This document shows, piece after piece, positions 24,485 to 33,767 of a DNA stretch of 64,000 nucleotides; positions within the stretch are counted from its first letter, which is position 1, and each line of letters starts with the position of its first letter. The notes beneath the pieces were generated by a model. The model saw only the letters and a program-made list of their open reading frames with translations, had not been told where the DNA came from and did not search any database. The DNA comes from Tubulanus polymorphus. Taxonomy: Eukaryota > Animalia > Nemertea. The stretch lies in assembly GCF_964204645.1 (NCBI RefSeq), contig NC_134033.1, positions 9,556,655-9,620,654 of the forward strand, read 5' to 3'. The translations under genes and the position numbers were made by a program.

Positions 24485-25722
24485 ATGAGTGGGAGTTATA
24501 TCAATCCTTCTAAGAATCATAGAATATCTAATGCTATTAAAGCAGAAAGATCACATCATATAACCCTTCAAATATTAATCCCGATGAAACTTTATACGTT
24601 AGAATTCCTAGATTAACACAAAATACTTTTTATGTACCAAATAGTATTTATTTATCAGCTGATATAAAAGTAATCGGTAATAATAATAATTATGTCGTTG
24701 ATAATGTTGGAAGATATTTGATTAAAAAGTTAACAATAAAGATTGGTCCAGAAACAGTTTTCTCATTAGATGATTATAATTTATTTATGCATTATAAAGA
24801 TTTATGGTTAACTAAAGAAAACAGAAATAATATGATATTTCAAGGAATTCAATCAGAAAACCAAAATAAATTAAGATCAGAAGCTAATAGCGCAATATTA
24901 ACAAATGATGTAGATAAATTGATAAAAAGTATATATGGAAGCAAATATAAAATTCCATTAGACTTTGAATTGATAAATAATAATGCACCTTTATATAAAT
25001 ACGCAATTCAAGAAGATATTATATTTGAGATAACATTTGCTCCTGTAAATGAAATTGTATTATCTAGCGTTAATAAAGATATGAGTTATAAATTATCGAA
25101 TATATGTTTAGAATATGATACAGTAACTGATGAAAATATTTCAAGTATAATTCAAACTAAATACAATCAAGGGTTTTCATTATTATATGATTATATTGAT
25201 AAATTTAAAACTGTAACTATTAATGCAAATGATGAAATAATAAATGAGAATATTAACTTTCCTAGAAGATCTATTAAAGGTATATTAATATTTTTTACCA
25301 TTGGAACGTATACTAATGGCGCAATAAATGTTGATAATTATTATAATCCTGAAATAACAAAAGTAGAAATAACTATCGAAGGAATAGCAAATAAAATATT
25401 TTGTCAAGGAATGAGAATGATTGATCAATGGCCAGAAATTAGAAAACATTTTATGAATGAAAAAGTAAAATCATTTGAAAATTGTAACATTAATCAAATT
25501 GATTATTATACCGGTAATAAATTTGCATTATGGTTAGATTTTAGAACAACTGAAGATAATTCATTACATGGTTCTGGAAAAAAATTACAAAATACAAAAG
25601 ATGGAATACAATTATTCATGAAAAAGAAAAAGGGAATTAAAAATTTTAAAATGCACATTTATATTATATCTGACGCGCAATTAAATATTGTAAATTCACA
25701 ATTAGATAGTGTTATGTATTAA
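24485..25722 (+). pseudogene. Major capsid protein (putative double jelly-roll), one frameshift near 24562 (copy B)
   Basis: Start MSGSYINPS at 24485 as in copy C; the 334-aa ORF is the C-terminal part. Confidence 0.8.
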
Positions 25723-25754
25723 AATTTTAACTTTAATAAAAATATATATAATAA

Positions 25755-26714
25755 ATGGAAGGAGGTAAAGTATATAAACATATTCCATACATCGATACAC
25801 ATGAAAATAATGATGGTTTATATTATGTAATACCTTGTAATATAGCTTTGATATTTGATCCTATTTTTAAAAATTATAAAACTAAACTAATAGAAATCGA
25901 TAATAATAAAAGTGAAGTTGTTGATAATTTAAGTAATGTAATTGATGATAATGTAATACCTTCTACATCTAATAACGTAATACCTTCTACATCTAATAAT
26001 GTAATACCTTCTACATCTAATAACATAATACCTTCTACATCTGTAATACCCTCTACATCTAATAATGTAATACCTTCTACATCTAATAATACAATAATAT
26101 TAAATGTTAGTGAAAATAGAAATTATTGTGGTTATTGTAATGGTGAGTTTTCAAACGCTCCATCAAATTGGAATAAACATATGAATACAAATTCACATAT
26201 TACTAATGTTATAGAACGTGTTGGCAAAAAAGAATTTATAGAACACCCATTTAGATATGTTACAAAATTTGTTTCAAATAAAAAAGTAAATGGTGAAAAA
26301 ATATATGAAGATTTATTATTAGCAACACCTAATAAAGATGAATTAGATTTAACCGATGCTAATGAAATATTAGGATCAAACACTGTAAATGAAATATTAG
26401 GATCAAACACTAATAAAGATGATAATGATAATGATGCCATAAAGCACCCACATGATAATATAGTTACAGATAAACATATTGATAATAAAGATTCTATAAA
26501 ACTTAAAGTAGAAAATAATGATAAATTTGATTGGATCAATAAGCTTAACAATAAAACAACTATTGATGATTTAGTAAAAAATGTGAAAAAGGTGAAAAAG
26601 GTGAAAAAAAATTATAAAGATGTTGATGTAGATTCGGTAGAGCATTTAAATATGTTGTTAGAGCCGTCTGATAGTGAAAGTGATTCAGAAATTGATTATC
26701 TAAAACTTGAATAA
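25755..26714 (+). CDS. Repeat-containing zinc-finger protein (copy B)
   Basis: (NNVIPSTS)n, CGYC..HMNTNSH and an acidic tail. Confidence 0.75.
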   Translation: MEGGKVYKHIPYIDTHENNDGLYYVIPCNIALIFDPIFKNYKTKLIEIDNNKSEVVDNLSNVIDDNVIPSTSNNVIPSTSNNVIPSTSNNIIPSTSVIPSTSNNVIPSTSNNTIILNVSENRNYCGYCNGEFSNAPSNWNKHMNTNSHITNVIERVGKKEFIEHPFRYVTKFVSNKKVNGEKIYEDLLLATPNKDELDLTDANEILGSNTVNEILGSNTNKDDNDNDAIKHPHDNIVTDKHIDNKDSIKLKVENNDKFDWINKLNNKTTIDDLVKNVKKVKKVKKNYKDVDVDSVEHLNMLLEPSDSESDSEIDYLKLE

Positions 26715-26784
26715 TAAAGGTTAAAAATTGTATAAAATAATAGTAAATAAAAAAGGGGTTTAAATTATTTAAGGTATCTAATAA

Positions 26785-26880
26785 GGTATCAGGTATTAGG
26801 GTATCAGGTATTGGGGTATCAGGTATTAGGGTATCAGGTATTAGGGTATCAGGTATTGGGGTATCAGGTATTAGGGTATC
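26785..26880. repeat. 15-bp tandem repeat (gtatcaggtattagg)n between convergent gene blocks
   Basis: About 6.5 copies directly visible. Confidence 0.9.
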
Positions 26881-26902
26881 TAATACATAGGTATACAAAT
26901 AG

Positions 26903-27229
26903 TTATTTTATAAATTTATATTCATAAGGAAATTGTAATCTCATTAATAATTTTGAACCTTTATTATTTTTTAATTTATTTATATATTCATCATGTAATT
27001 CAGTAGGTATAATTTGATTTTCTTCCAATGATTGTTGCATAGATTTTCTATCTTTGTTGTAGAATAAAACTAGAAATCTTATATTCTCTCTAAAATCTTT
27101 AACAATTGAATTATATTTCTGATTTAAAACCCAAGTTGTTATCCCAAAATGTCTACCAGAGAAAGCTAAATAACATAACTCACTTTCTCTAATTTTAGAA
27201 TCATGTAAATTTGCGCAATCATCAATAAT
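26903..27229 (-). pseudogene. Packaging ATPase C-terminal half (copy B); Walker A half deleted
   Basis: IDDCANL..GRH..VLNQ retained; fused to the integrase tail through a filler sequence. Confidence 0.9.
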
Positions 27230-27258
27230 TTGTTGATTATTCTGTATTCTATTTGTAG

Positions 27259-28226
27259 CTATTTTGTATTCTATTTCATCTGGATTTGGTACTAATGATA
27301 ATTCTTGTTCATAAAAATAACCTAATATTTCTTCATCTTTTAAATCAAACAATTTATAAACAAATGGTTTAGTTAATATTATCTTTTTAATTTTAAATAT
27401 TTCTTCAGTAAAAATTGGGGGTTTAACCTTTATAAAATGTTTTTCGATATTTAGAAATTCTAACATGTTGTCCTATTTTAAATTTAGGTTCTCCAAAATC
27501 ATGTGTAACAAATGCTCCATATAAATTATTCCAAACTATTTCTGAATTATCTTCTTTTCTAGCTTGTATAGGTTTCATATTTATAGAACTATGTTTAGAA
27601 TTATTATAACCTTTAACTAAATCATCTAACACATCGATATATTTATATGTTTCATTAGCAGTAAAATATTTCCACATTCTAGTTTTCAATGTTTTATTAA
27701 ATCTTTCTATAATAGATGCTTTTTTATCTGAGTGTGTGGAAAAATAATCTACATCGTTATCAGATAATAGTTTTTTAAAATGTTTGTTATAAAATTCTTT
27801 ACCTTCATCAAATTGTATCTTATCTGGGATAGCTTCTTTAAATATTAATTTGAAAGAATTTGTAACTTCTATACCGGTTTTATTTTTAATCGGGATACTC
27901 CATGCGTATCTACTGAATATGTCTATAACATTTAATATCCAGAAATGTCCTTTGTTGTGTTTTTCTAAGTTCTTCATGTCAATTAAATCAGCTTGCCATT
28001 GTTGGTCAATATATGAAACCATTACTTTTCTTGTTAAATATTTTTTATCCATCTTTTTATGAATTTGATATGTGGGTTGATTTTGTAACCATGATTTTAA
28101 TTCACTATATTTTATATCACTATTATCGGATTTAATTTTATTCCATAATTCTGAAACGTTAGAATATGATACTTCACTTTCTGGGTTGTAATATAACGCT
28201 CTTAAATATTGTTCTTTTTTCATCAT
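27259..28226 (-). pseudogene. Integrase (copy B); catalytic core intact, frameshift near 27420, chromodomain deleted
   Basis: DDE motifs as in copy A. Confidence 0.92.
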
Positions 28227-28229
28227 ATT

Positions 28230-28574
28230 TTAATCCATTAATAATATTTTAGATTTAGTTTCATTTGACTTATTTTCTGGTATAATAGGTTTATCATCAT
28301 TGGAATAATATTTATCATCAGATTTGAATTTTGATTTATATATTACACCGGATAATATAATAACTGTTACTAATCCAATTGTAATATATAATTTATAATT
28401 ACTTCCAGCATTAGAAGAATTAGATGGATTATTATTTGAATCAATATCAGATTCATTTATATCAGTTAATTTCTTTTTCTTAGCTTTTTTTAATTCTGAA
28501 GATTTTTTACCTAATTCTCTTGCCCATTTAATTTGTTTCTCGGATCTAGCCTTTTTCTTAACTCCATCACTCAT
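28230..28574 (-). CDS. Small basic single-TM protein (copy B)
   Basis: Homolog of 8559..8927. Confidence 0.75.
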   Translation of the reverse strand: MSDGVKKKARSEKQIKWARELGKKSSELKKAKKKKLTDINESDIDSNNNPSNSSNAGSNYKLYITIGLVTVIILSGVIYKSKFKSDDKYYSNDDKPIIPENKSNETKSKILLMD

Positions 28575-28579
28575 TTATT

Positions 28580-29167
28580 TTAGTTAATTTTTGTTGATTC
28601 ATTTTCTGTTTCGACGTTTTGTTGTAGTACATCTGTTTCGTTCTTACCTGATTTATATTCCATAGGTTTGATGTTCGAAAATGTTATAACTCCAGTAGAA
28701 ATCAATGTCATAACCGATCCTAATTGAAATGAAGCATATCCAACCCATTTTTGTAATTCAGTCATAACTAAATAGTCATTTTTCAAATCATTATATAATT
28801 TATTTTCATCATCAATTGGTATTAACTGGTTACATAACTTAGAATAACATTTGACAATACCATCACTTATAGAGTCGTTTATTCTAGCTAATCTTGCCTC
28901 TTCATAAATCTTAAAATATTTTATTACTTTATCGGGTTTCATAGAGTCTAGTTCTTGAAAAGTTATTATTTTTCCTAAGAAGTCCTTAGATTTCCCGCCA
29001 GCAATTAATAATTCAAGATGATGCTTACAATATAAATAGTATTCATAATCTATATTGTTATTAACTTGAGCACAATTAGTTGCAACTGTATCTTTATTAT
29101 CACTTATACCCAAATCATCTAATGTCTTTTCAATATCAATACTATTCTTATTAGATTTCTTTGACAT
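28580..29167 (-). CDS. Conserved 195-aa Polinton protein with a hydrophobic C-terminal segment
   Basis: Intact ORF; homolog split in copy A. Confidence 0.8.
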   Translation of the reverse strand: MSKKSNKNSIDIEKTLDDLGISDNKDTVATNCAQVNNNIDYEYYLYCKHHLELLIAGGKSKDFLGKIITFQELDSMKPDKVIKYFKIYEEARLARINDSISDGIVKCYSKLCNQLIPIDDENKLYNDLKNDYLVMTELQKWVGYASFQLGSVMTLISTGVITFSNIKPMEYKSGKNETDVLQQNVETENESTKIN

Positions 29168-29574
29168 TTATATTAGAGAAAAAAAGCAAAAAAAATATTA
29201 TAAGTATTCTTCAAATGATACTAGATAGTTAAAGTTAAAGAATTCTAGTATTGACTACTGATACTAGCTATTTGAATTTAAAGAATTTCTATTTGAATCT
29301 ATTCAAAATATAAAGTATTCTTTTTGAAAAGAAAGTATTAAAAATATAATAGAATTCACTAGCTAGTTGAAGTTATTGTTTTTTTATTATATTTTATTTG
29401 AATTAGGATTTAATATCTCACTACTATTGTCTATCTATTAGGAGCAGTAATTATAACTGTCCAGATAAGTCATTTCGGATTCTCGATATCAAATCCTCAA
29501 CTGAAAATCAACTCAACGAAACGACTGGTGGAAATATTAATTTATAAACACATATATTTATTATGTAAATTTTA

Positions 29575-29930
29575 GCGATCGATAATAGAACAATGGAGAA
29601 CAATAGAAATGCGGTCCAATCGGACCGGTTATTGCGCAATACACAGTTATATTTTTATTCTGTAAACTACAACATTCAAACATAGAACTGTAACCAATCA
29701 ATATTGAGCAGCTGTTTCAGTCAACAACGATCAATAGTAGAACAATGGAGAACAATAGAAATGCGGTCCAATCGGACCGGTTATTGCGCAACACTTAGTT
29801 AACAGTAAACAATCAATACAGAACAACCGCCGCCATTAACAACGATCAATAGTAGAACAATGGAGAACAATAGAAAAGCGGTTCAATCGGACCGGTTATT
29901 ACGCAATACACAGTTAACAGTAAACAATAC
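29575..29930. repeat. Three copies of an about 65-bp motif containing the hairpin cggtcc-aatc-ggaccg
   Basis: agaacaatggagaacaatagaaatgcggtccaatcggaccggttattgcgcaa at about 29587, 29739 and 29853. Confidence 0.9.
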
Positions 29931-29996
29931 AATATTAAAACAGATATATACAATCGAGATTACATTTTTGATATCTAAGACCTTCAGTATTATAAT

Positions 29997-30725
29997 TTAT
30001 AATTTTGTCCAGAATTCTTTAATTACTGGATTGTTTCCAATCATTTCTTCAATTTCTGGTAAATGTCTTACTACTTCACTAAATGCTAATCCTAATATTT
30101 TGAATTTTTCATATTTTATTAATCTACCTACTCTTCTCAGTTTTCTTTCAAAACCGGCACTGATATCTATGTTCTTTTTAACCCACAGTCCCCAAGAAAT
30201 CCCCTCAGTTTCTTTATCAAACATTGAAAACCCTATATTTAGATAACCCCCGAAAATGATGTGGTCCCATAGGTGATTTGCTTTTCTATTTAATATGGTT
30301 TTATAACTTTTTTTTAAGATATCAGTAATTTCAGCAAATGAAATAACTTCTACACTTTGTATTTCCGGAAAGTTTAAATGTCCTGTGTCAATGATTAATT
30401 TAGATTTTAAAAACTCGTTCAACTCTTCTCCACTCATTTTCTTAGTTTTCGATTCTTTGAGCCCCAACAGCAATTTGAGTCGCGTTGCTGGTAATTTTGG
30501 TAATTGTAGTTCGCGCGGTAATTGTTTATTATGTATTACATCACTCAGAATTTTCACCATTTCTTGATGATAGTCCAAATGTTCTTGTAATGTTTGTGAA
30601 GTTTGTTCGTCAATTACGAGAGTTTCATCCTCCATTTCTATTGATTCCTGAGTTTCACTATCCAGTAGCAATCGTTCCTCATCCGTTGGTTGGCTTAGAA
30701 TTTCTGGTTGATCTTTGTGTTCCAT
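29997..30725 (-). CDS. Accessory protein, 242 aa: acidic N-terminus and helical C-terminal domain (possible DNA binding)
   Basis: Intact ORF only in B; a remnant of its upstream region and 5' end is present in C at about 42420-42690. Confidence 0.65.
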   Translation of the reverse strand: MEHKDQPEILSQPTDEERLLLDSETQESIEMEDETLVIDEQTSQTLQEHLDYHQEMVKILSDVIHNKQLPRELQLPKLPATRLKLLLGLKESKTKKMSGEELNEFLKSKLIIDTGHLNFPEIQSVEVISFAEITDILKKSYKTILNRKANHLWDHIIFGGYLNIGFSMFDKETEGISWGLWVKKNIDISAGFERKLRRVGRLIKYEKFKILGLAFSEVVRHLPEIEEMIGNNPVIKEFWTKL

Positions 30726-31073
30726 TTTAATCTAAAAGATATCGTGAAAATGAATTACTATACTTAAATATGTTTAAAGGTTTCCCTACTTCATAATAAC
30801 TACAAAAAACGGTACTTACATTTAGATTTAGAACTGTAAACTGTGTTTTGAGAGAGAATATCCAATACGTACTATGTATGTGAAAGTTGATTTCTAACTG
30901 CCGACGTGGCGCACGTTCGACCAAACTAATTACTTCTGCACAGATGTTCTTTATGATGAAGTTAATTAATTCTTTAGAATTGAAAACAAGATATATTTGG
31001 CAACATATGTTTTAGTAGTAAGCAAAAGCTATGTATTATATACATACAAAGCTCAAATAGAATTACCAGCTTT

Positions 31074-31757
31074 CTAACCACTGATCAAAACCTCAGAATG
31101 CGGTTGATTCTGTGAAATACTATTCCATAATTCAACAAATGTCTTTGCTTTATCCAGTTGATCTAAATATAACTGTAAATCTAGTTTATTGGATTTAATA
31201 ATGTTTTCCTTCTTTTCTAAAGGTCTTAGATTCTTCCAATTCCAAATAAGTTTTTTATTGTATTCATCATTCATGTCAAATTTAGAAATCGGCAACACAT
31301 GATCAATATGAAAGTATTCACCATAATTATCTATATTCATTTTATCGTCGAATTGATATATTATCCATGATTTGAGAAATTCATCTGAACAACCCAACAA
31401 ATTAGATAGTGTTTCTGAATGTGTTTCTTTGTTGAATAATTGTGATACTTTAGATCTCAAACATTGTTTTAATCTAAAATTAAAATCTGTTTGATATCTT
31501 TCTTTATGATAATTTCTATTATACACTTTAATATATTCTAAATGATTTTCTTTCCATTGCTTATTTTTATCTTTGCGTGTTTCAGTATTATTTTTATAAT
31601 TTTGTTTATCACTTAGTTTACTACAAGTTTTACAATAACTTTGCTTACCATCTTTCTGAGTTTTATAATTATAATATTCCGAGAGTTGTTTTTTTATTTT
31701 ACATTTAGAACATTTCTTATTGTTTATATTTATAGCTTGTGATTGTTCCGGCTCCAT
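31074..31757 (-). CDS. HNH endonuclease with N-terminal CxxC..CxxC zinc ribbon (copy B, intact)
   Basis: KKCSKC..YCKTC and FHIDHVLP..NLRPL..ENIIKSNK. Confidence 0.88.
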   Translation of the reverse strand: MEPEQSQAININNKKCSKCKIKKQLSEYYNYKTQKDGKQSYCKTCSKLSDKQNYKNNTETRKDKNKQWKENHLEYIKVYNRNYHKERYQTDFNFRLKQCLRSKVSQLFNKETHSETLSNLLGCSDEFLKSWIIYQFDDKMNIDNYGEYFHIDHVLPISKFDMNDEYNKKLIWNWKNLRPLEKKENIIKSNKLDLQLYLDQLDKAKTFVELWNSISQNQPHSEVLISG

Positions 31758-31793
31758 TTATTATACATATTTTTATTAAAATTGATTAACATT

Positions 31794-32087
31794 TTAGAAT
31801 CCTCTTCCATTTCTTCGACCAACGTCATCCTTTTTCATTCCTCGCTGCTTTTGATAAGTCAGTTTCGATTCCTTGATATCAAATTCCTCAACGTATTGTT
31901 CATTATTTGGATCATTATTCCATAATTCAATAAATTTCTTTCCCTTTGTTAACTGTTCTGAATATAACTGTAAATATTCTAGTTTCAATTTATTCTCTAA
32001 ATGTGTTCTAGTTTTATTGTGTCTTGCTTTTTGAGACTTGTCTATATCGATATTACATGTTGGGCAGTAGTACTTATTTGCTTCCAT
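31794..32087 (-). CDS. Chimeric ORF: polB N-terminal 38 aa (from the TIR) fused to an HNH C-terminal tail
   Basis: MEANKYY...LKLEY joined to LQLYSEQLTK..WNNDPNNEQYVEEFDIK. Confidence 0.6.
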   Translation of the reverse strand: MEANKYYCPTCNIDIDKSQKARHNKTRTHLENKLKLEYLQLYSEQLTKGKKFIELWNNDPNNEQYVEEFDIKESKLTYQKQRGMKKDDVGRRNGRGF

Positions 32088-32436
32088 TTTAATACTATAT
32101 TTTTTATTAAAATTGATTTTAGAAGTTCAATGATTTAAATGTTATTCATATATATATGAATATTTTAAGAGTAATAGGGATAATAGGCTTTCAGGCTAAA
32201 GGTTGAACGGGCGGGTGAGTAAAAATGAAAAACATAAAAATAATTACAATTTCTACTTGAATTAGGAGTGAAACTCATAAAAATGAAAAATAAATTCGAG
32301 CGTGTGAGAATTTATTTTTCATTTTTATGAGTTTCGCGAGTAATTCAAGTAGAAATTGTTATTATTTTTATGTTTTTCATTTTTTACGAGCTCGACCGTT
32401 CGACCTTTGGCCTGAAAGCCTATTATCCCTATTACT
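31974..32436 (-). repeat. Right TIR of copy B
   Basis: Reverse complement of 14344-14806. Confidence 0.95.
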
Positions 32437-33139
32437 ATCAACGACAGTTCCACAAAGATTTAATGAAGTAGGGGGTGATGGAAGGCGTGGTAAAGAGGGG
32501 CGATTTCTAGGTGTTGAGGTTGATGGCTCAACACGCGGTGAATCAACTCTAGGTGACACGACTGGGGATTCATCACCGGCACTGGATTCTGAGTCCGAAA
32601 AAACTCTAGGATTAGGTCTGAAATGAATATTAAGTAAATTACCCTCTATGATGAGAAAAATAATATGTGAACTATCATATAAATGTTAGATTAGTAGAAT
32701 TTGATTCACATCATTTTGAAAAATTGAAAATACCTTCTGCTGCGCTTTTTTGGGGGAGCATCAATGTCTGTGCTGTAGACATCCGATTGATTTTCGGCTT
32801 TTAGCACCATTTTCCTGGCCTTTCCATAGTCACCTGCAAACCAAAAACAATACAATACATTGAGGAAATTACTCTAGCATCAGAGTAAATACGTCACTAA
32901 ACATTTCACTAATCCCTAATCTTGCTTTACTCACCAGTCACGCCCAGCACTCTTACATTAAACACATTCCAGGATCTAATATTCGCAAAATCGCAGTCTT
33001 TCACCATTTGAGACACCGATTTATTGGTACCAGAAGGTGGCCAAAAGCACTTGGTTTTTCCATCAAATACCCATTTGGTGGGGACGATATCAACTGTTGC
33101 CTCCGACGTAAATTCAACAACGCTGTATTTATTCTCCAT
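32437..33139 (-). pseudogene. CACTA accessory gene, 5' exons (interrupted by copy B)
   Basis: MENKYSVVEF..VDIVPTKW..CFWPP exon, then further short GT-AG-bounded exons; the S/P-rich exon runs into the copy B TSD. Confidence 0.65.
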
Positions 33140-33767
33140 TTTCTGATAATCTGAACAAAACCTGATCAATTATTTCATTATGGGTTAGGTGGAATATACA
33201 AAATCAAACATCTCACTGAAAAAAATGTTACATCTTTTTCATGTATAGAAGTTCTGTGTAAATATAGAAATGAAATGAACAGTGGTTGTGGAAAATCTAA
33301 TAATACTCATTTTGCCATACAATCAATGAGGACTAGCAGACACTACTACACTGTGCCAATATTTTCATAAAAAAGCCTGGATTACCAGTAGACTACGCTG
33401 GTCATTTCTCTCAGTTTCAATGTAATTAACTCTATCTTATCCCTTTCCAAATTAGATATGGAAAAAAGAATAAATCAAAAGCTGTCCGGTCCAAAGGAAT
33501 GGAAATTAAATATAACTAAGTGGAATCTGAACAAATTTTAACGTAAAAAGTACTACTGTCTAATGACGCCATATAGCTGGACATGCTGAGTCCTATTGTT
33601 ACAAAGAATTTGATGATACCTTTTTTAGATTATTCATTCTACGTAAGTTACTAAAATGATCGTATTAAATCAAAGAATCTTTCAACGTTCAGCGATAGTA
33701 AATGGTTTATTGACTTGACTGGCAGCAAAATTTATCATTTTCAAAAACCATGGAGCTTTACATAAAA

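Larger units (their letters stand above)
14344..32436 (+). mobile_element. Polinton/Maverick-like element copy B (18.1 kb, both ends present)
   Basis: 6-bp TSD ATCAAC (14338-14343 and 32437-32442); termini AGTAAT...ATTACT; 463-bp TIRs; polB, capsid, ATPase and integrase genes. Confidence 0.97.

Noticed and set aside
26560-26898. ORF with (DTLIP)n repeat
   Set aside because: Translation of the 15-bp tandem repeat; absent from copy A.
29575-29930. Possible mini-CRISPR array (palindromic repeats with spacers)
   Set aside because: Only three units, repeats too long, spacers irregular and partly homologous; kept only as a hairpin repeat.
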